From NCBI GenBank assembly GCA_045636665.1, contig JAZTXY010000077.1, positions 1 through 59,483 of the forward strand: DNA of 59,483 bases, read 5' to 3'. A program made the position numbers and the translations under genes. This document shows, in pieces, positions 54,937 to 59,483 of this stretch; within the stretch, counting starts at the first letter, position 1, and the number at the start of each line of letters is the position of its first letter. Source of the stretch: Eubacteriales bacterium (GTDB lineage Bacteria; Bacillota; Clostridia; Oscillospirales; CAG-382). The notes beneath the pieces are model-generated. The model was not told where the DNA came from. It did not search any database and was given only the letters and a program-made list of their open reading frames with translations.

Positions 54937-55633
54937 AAAGCAGCTCCTTAACTATCTCGTAAGCCATACGCAAGCCTGCGGTTGCGGGGACAAAGCAGGC
55001 GCTTGAGGGTGTGGCACGGCCGGTGATTTCGTTTCTGCCCTCACAGCATTTTCCCGGCTCTTCGTCCGAGCAAATGACCTTTAACGATTCAACGTTTCTT
55101 GCGCGAAGCTCTTTTCGCATAATACGCGCCAAGGGGTCGCCCGACGTCTTGAATACATCGGTAACGGTAATGCGCGACGGGTCAAGACGGTTGCCCGTGC
55201 CCATCGAAGAAATTATCGGAACCTTTAATTCCTTTGCGGTCGTAATAAGCAAAAGCTTGCTCGTTACAGTATCGATACAATCGGCGATGTAATCGTACTT
55301 CGTAAGGTCGATTTCATCCTTCGTTTCGGCAGAATAAAACAAATTTAAGCTTGTCACTTCGCAATCGGGGTTGATATCCCTTAATCTTTTTGCGCTTGTT
55401 TCTGCCTTTTCAAGTCCTTCGGTGGAAGAAAGCGCGATGAGTTGACGGTTTTTGTTCGTTTCGGAAACAATATCGCCGTCAACGACGGTAATTCTTCCGA
55501 TACCGCATCTTACCAACGCCTCGGCACACCAAGAGCCGACTCCGCCGACACCGAAAACGATAACGCTTGAATTATTCAGTTTCTTTTCTCCGTCAACACC
55601 TATAAGAGGTATCGACCTTTCAAGCAAGCTCAT
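54926..55633 (-). CDS. tcdA: tRNA threonylcarbamoyladenosine dehydratase (ThiF/E1-like)
   Basis: GVGGVGS, DGD..TNKNRQ, DCID, SSMGTGNRLDP and DPLARIMRKELR. Confidence 0.88.
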   Translation of the reverse strand: MSLLERSIPLIGVDGEKKLNNSSVIVFGVGGVGSWCAEALVRCGIGRITVVDGDIVSETNKNRQLIALSSTEGLEKAETSAKRLRDINPDCEVTSLNLFYSAETKDEIDLTKYDYIADCIDTVTSKLLLITTAKELKVPIISSMGTGNRLDPSRITVTDVFKTSGDPLARIMRKELRARNVESLKVICSDEEPGKCCEGRNEITGRATPSSACFVPATAGLRMAYEIVKELLYEF

Positions 55634-55640
55634 AATTTTC

Positions 55641-57368
55641 TCACTTTTCAAAAGGGTTTATTGCGTCGACCACCGCCGACCAATATTTTTCATAGGTTAC
55701 AAAGCCGGGAGCACTGCCCGACGGCTTTTTTAAAGAACGAACACGGGTATAATCGACCTCGACGTTTGAGCTTCCGCGCTTTTCGCTGAAATATGCCGCA
55801 ACCATCGCCGCCTCGGTATAATCGCGGTCGGTCGGTTCTTCGTTTCCGTTGGGAGTAAGGATAACGTGCGAGCCGTGAAAGCCTTTGATGTGGAACCAAA
55901 GCTCGTTTCTGTCCGCCGAGCCCGTAAGAGCGTCGTTTTGGCGGTTATTTCTGCCAACACGAAGCAACAATCCGTCGGTCGTGGTGAACGACAAGGGCTT
56001 CGACGCAGGCGTTTTTTTCTTTTTATCGCCAACGGATTTGTCGGAAATAAAACCGCCCTCGGCAAGCTCGAGCTTGATTTCGGCAAGCTCCTTCGGACTC
56101 GCCGCGCGGTCGATAAAGCCAATAACACCGATTAAGTAATCACAAACCGCTTCGGTCTTTTTTATCTGCTCGGCAAGCATAACCGACGCACGTTTCATTT
56201 TGGAATATTTTTTATAATAACGCTGTGCGTTTTTCGCAGGTGAAAGCGCAACGTCGAGCGAAACGGTAATTTCGTTGCCCGATTCGTAATCCATTCCCGT
56301 TACTTCGCTGTCGCCTTGGCGGATGCGATAGATGTTTGCGGTTACCACGTCACCGCGTATGCGCATATCCTCCATCGCGTCGCATTCCTTAAGCTCGGTT
56401 TTAAGAAGCGCAAGCTTTTTTTGCGAGCGAGTAAGATGGGAATTGACGGTTTTTAATATCTCGCGCGAGTATCTGCCGATATTGACCGATTCCTCTTTAC
56501 GTCCGAAATAATCGGTAAGCAAAGCCGAAAAGCTTTCGTATTCACGAATTTCAACCGATTCGCCGTATTGCGAAAGACGGATAAAGGAATATTCGATGCC
56601 GTTGTTTTCCTTATCGTAAACCGCGTTCGGCGAAAAAACGCCGTCTTTAAGCGCAGACACCAAATTTTTAAATTCGGCAAGCAATAGCGGTGCATTTTCG
56701 CAATCAACTTCGGTTTCGGGGTCGCCTAACGCGCGAAAAGCAACCTCCCTTGCCACAACGGGCGAAAAGCCGAGAAAGCTTTTGAGCAAAAAGTCACAAG
56801 CGCGCATTCCGCTTTTTTCTTGGCAAAGCGAAATAAAGGAAGCGTCATCGACCGAAAAGGCCGAAATCTTATCCTGCTTGGGCGGTTGCTCGTAGGTAAG
56901 ACCTGCCATAATACTGCGTACGCCTGCGGTGATATCCGTTACAGAACTTGCCGAAAGGATTTTATCCTTATCGTCGGTAAGTATGATGTTCGAATATTTG
57001 CCCATCATTTCGGCATAGATAAACTTGCGCTTGATATATCCCATTTCGTCGGCAGAATCGAAAACGAAACGGATAATACGCTCGTTTTCAACCCATTCCG
57101 CTTCGATAAAGCGACCGTTTTGTAAGTGCTTTCGGTAAAGCATACAGGTCGGCGTGGGCGTGTCGGGACGGGCAACCGATTCCTCGGTTATTGCAAGGAT
57201 CGGGCGCGATGCCGATGCCGAAATAACGAAATTGCCGCGTTTTCCGTCGCGGTATATTTGGAAATAAAAGCAGGTTTGCGAGCTTTGGTGAATCTTTTCA
57301 ACTCTTGCGCCTGCCCAGTTATTCAATTCCTGCGCTACTGCGGCGCAAAAAAGTCCGTCAAATGCCAT
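55641..57368 (-). CDS. rqcH: Ribosome quality control factor RqcH (NFACT/FbpA)
   Basis: MAFDG, EMMGKYSNIIL, NAQRYYKKY, GRNNRQND, WFH..GSHV and VDYT. Confidence 0.93.
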   Translation of the reverse strand: MAFDGLFCAAVAQELNNWAGARVEKIHQSSQTCFYFQIYRDGKRGNFVISASASRPILAITEESVARPDTPTPTCMLYRKHLQNGRFIEAEWVENERIIRFVFDSADEMGYIKRKFIYAEMMGKYSNIILTDDKDKILSASSVTDITAGVRSIMAGLTYEQPPKQDKISAFSVDDASFISLCQEKSGMRACDFLLKSFLGFSPVVAREVAFRALGDPETEVDCENAPLLLAEFKNLVSALKDGVFSPNAVYDKENNGIEYSFIRLSQYGESVEIREYESFSALLTDYFGRKEESVNIGRYSREILKTVNSHLTRSQKKLALLKTELKECDAMEDMRIRGDVVTANIYRIRQGDSEVTGMDYESGNEITVSLDVALSPAKNAQRYYKKYSKMKRASVMLAEQIKKTEAVCDYLIGVIGFIDRAASPKELAEIKLELAEGGFISDKSVGDKKKKTPASKPLSFTTTDGLLLRVGRNNRQNDALTGSADRNELWFHIKGFHGSHVILTPNGNEEPTDRDYTEAAMVAAYFSEKRGSSNVEVDYTRVRSLKKPSGSAPGFVTYEKYWSAVVDAINPFEK

Positions 57369-58113
57369 ATTCTTGTTCTCTTGTAAATTCTAAAACTTCA
57401 ACTCTTGCAAGCTCTTTAACTTTTTTTGCAAGCAACGGCAAAACGATTCTTTCGGTCGCGTAATGCGTCGCGCAGATAAGGTTAATGCCGTTTTCCTTGC
57501 AATCGAGCATATGGTTGTGCATTACCTCACCGGTGATGAAGGTATCGGCGCCTGCGCTGATGGCTTCGCCGATTTCGTCCTTGCCACAGCCCGAAACGAG
57601 CGCGATTCTTTTTGCCGTATTTTTCGACTTAACAAGTCCTAATTCGTATATATTTAATCCCAAGACGTTGGCAACGTGACGAGCGAATTCTTCAAATTCA
57701 ACCTCATCAACGTCACCGATTCTGCCATAAGGGATAAAGCTTTCGATGTTTTTGAGTCCTACCGTTTCCGCCAAAATATCGTTAACGCCGCCTTCGATTA
57801 TATCAAGTCGGGTATGAAACGATACCACTGCGATGCCGCGCTTGATACACTCGATAACACGTTTTCCGACGCTGTCGTCGCAAGTAACCGAGCCGAGCGG
57901 CTTGAAAACAAGCGGATGATGAGTGATAATGACGTTGCAACCAAGCTCTGTTGCCTTATTAATGGCAATACTTGTGCAATCGAGCGCACAAAGCACGCCC
58001 GTTATTTCGGCATTTTTATCGGGAATAACGTCAAGACCGTCGTTATCCCACGGCTCCGAAAGATTTTTGGGAATCATTCCGTCAAGCGCATTTATTAACT
58101 GCTCTACTGTCAT
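57358..58113 (-). CDS. Nif3-like dinuclear metal center protein
   Basis: WDNDGL, THHP, HTRLD, ITGE and HYATE. Confidence 0.92.
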   Translation of the reverse strand: MTVEQLINALDGMIPKNLSEPWDNDGLDVIPDKNAEITGVLCALDCTSIAINKATELGCNVIITHHPLVFKPLGSVTCDDSVGKRVIECIKRGIAVVSFHTRLDIIEGGVNDILAETVGLKNIESFIPYGRIGDVDEVEFEEFARHVANVLGLNIYELGLVKSKNTAKRIALVSGCGKDEIGEAISAGADTFITGEVMHNHMLDCKENGINLICATHYATERIVLPLLAKKVKELARVEVLEFTREQEYGI

Positions 58114-58134
58114 TTTCTTTCTCCGAATTTCAAA

Positions 58135-58161
58135 TTAAGGGGTATCAAACGATACCCCTTA
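58135..58161 (-). terminator. Hairpin after the transketolase gene
   Basis: TTAAGGGGTATC-AAAC-GATACCCCTTAA. Confidence 0.6.
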
Positions 58162-58165
58162 AATC

Positions 58166-59101
58166 TTATTTTTTAAGCAATTTTCTTACTTTTTCGACAA
58201 TGCCGTTCGCATTAAGACCGTAGTGCTCCAAAAGAACTCCTGCAGGTGCGGAGGTGCCGAAAACGTCTTCGATACCGTGCTTAACAACCTTCGCGCAAGC
58301 GCTTTCGGAAAGCGCGGAAATTACCGCATCGCCAAGACCGCCGATTACCGAATGCTCTTCGCTCGTAACGACGTTGCCGGTTTTTTCGGCATATTCCTTG
58401 ATAAGCTCAACGTCGAGCGGTTTAACGGTGTGAATATCGATAACAGCCGCATCGATGCCTGCTTCGGCAAGGATTCCGCGAGCTTCCATAGCTGCGGCAA
58501 CCATAATACCGGTTGCAACGATGGTAACGTCCTTACCGTCTGCAAGAACGATGCCCTTGCCAAGCTTGAATTCCTGTTCGCCCTTGGTGTAGAACTGGGG
58601 AACCGCATATCTGCCCAGACGCATATAAACGGGGCCGTCAAACTTAACGATTTCTTCAAGAAGCGCTTCGGTAGAAGCCGAGTCTGCAGGGCAAACAACG
58701 GTCATATTGGGAAGCGCGCGCATAATTGCCATATCTTCGCAGAATTGGTGAGTTGCGCCGTCTTCGCCAACGGTAACGCCTGCGTGCGATGCGCAAATCT
58801 TAACGGGCAATTGAGGATATGCAACCGAGTTGCGAATCTGTTCAAATGCTCTGCCGCAAGCAAACATTGCGAAAGAGGATGCAAATGCGGGAATACCGGT
58901 TGCCGCAATACCTGCCGCTACCGAAATCATATTGCCCTCTGCGATACCGCAGTTGAAAAAGCGTTCGGGATATTTTTTCGCAAAAACAGCGGTTTGTGTC
59001 GAGCCCGAAAGGTCGGCATCGAGCACGTAAAAATCATATTTTTCGCCGAGCTCGGTAAGCTTTCTACCGTACGCGACTCTTGTTGCTTCTTTTTCAGCCA
59101 T
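58166..59101 (-). CDS. Transketolase C-terminal subunit
   Basis: DADLSGST, GIAEGNM, GEDGATHQ, GPVYMRL and EEHSVIGGLG. Confidence 0.93.
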   Translation of the reverse strand: MAEKEATRVAYGRKLTELGEKYDFYVLDADLSGSTQTAVFAKKYPERFFNCGIAEGNMISVAAGIAATGIPAFASSFAMFACGRAFEQIRNSVAYPQLPVKICASHAGVTVGEDGATHQFCEDMAIMRALPNMTVVCPADSASTEALLEEIVKFDGPVYMRLGRYAVPQFYTKGEQEFKLGKGIVLADGKDVTIVATGIMVAAAMEARGILAEAGIDAAVIDIHTVKPLDVELIKEYAEKTGNVVTSEEHSVIGGLGDAVISALSESACAKVVKHGIEDVFGTSAPAGVLLEHYGLNANGIVEKVRKLLKK

Positions 59102-59483
59102 TTTTAACGTCCTCCTCTGCCTTTACCCATGCATCGTAAAGTTCCTTCTTAGCGATTTCATATTCATCATCCTTGGGAGCTTTACCGTGCCAAGTATAAT
59201 TGTTTTCCATAAAGGAAACGCCCTTGCCCTTAACGGTGTTGCAAATGATTGCCGCAGGCTTGCCGCAAGCAAGTGCTTCGTTTACAGCGTTATCGATAGC
59301 TTCGAAATCGTGACCGTCGATAACACGTACAAACCAACCGAATGCCTTGAATTTTTCATCAACGGGATGGGGGTTCATAACGTCGCTTACCGCGCCGTCG
59401 ATTTGGTAACCGTTGCAGTCGATAAACGCAATAATATTATCAAGTCCGTACATATTTGCGAACATTGCCGCTTCCCAAACCTG
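59094..59483 (-). CDS. Transketolase N-terminal (TPP-binding) subunit, 5' truncated by window
   Basis: NGYQIDG, AFGW, DGHD and KGKGVSFME..WHGKAP. Confidence 0.92.
   Translation of the reverse strand, partial: QVWEAAMFANMYGLDNIIAFIDCNGYQIDGAVSDVMNPHPVDEKFKAFGWFVRVIDGHDFEAIDNAVNEALACGKPAAIICNTVKGKGVSFMENNYTWHGKAPKDDEYEIAKKELYDAWVKAEEDVKNG

Overview
Gene-dense chromosomal segment, most likely from a Clostridia-type Bacillota genome. That placement is inferred from ytfJ/gerW, a dockerin, tmcAL, an FMN riboswitch with an ECF S-component, scpAB and dnaD-dnaC. About 60 CDSs are present and most are housekeeping: pgi, serC-serA, queA, dapA, rnhA, murI, ddl, clpP, trkAH, ackA, tmcAL, a sufC/sufB-like pair, dut, hslO, xseA, nusB, gpmI, scpAB, nagB, mnmA, rlmH, tcdA, rqcH and a split transketolase. 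There are many near-consensus sigma-A promoters and intrinsic terminators. I found no rRNA, tRNA, CRISPR array, integrase or transposase. The most unusual signal is non-coding. Two diverged copies of a 150-190 bp multi-stem element (36379-36531 and 37392-37576) have invariant linker and loop sequences, while their stem sequences differ by compensatory changes. Each abuts a stop codon, and together they bracket dut plus an AT-rich orphan gene. A 25-nt end of the element recurs, inverted, in a third structured intergenic region (about 46237-46385). Other notable items are an AT-rich membrane-anchored HNH nuclease inside a housekeeping operon, a stand-alone ECF sigma factor with a ~375-aa extension and an internal RBS, a duplicated zinc-ribbon membrane gene pair with duplicated promoters, and a dockerin-bearing SGNH esterase. 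All family calls come from motif recognition by eye; no database searches were run.
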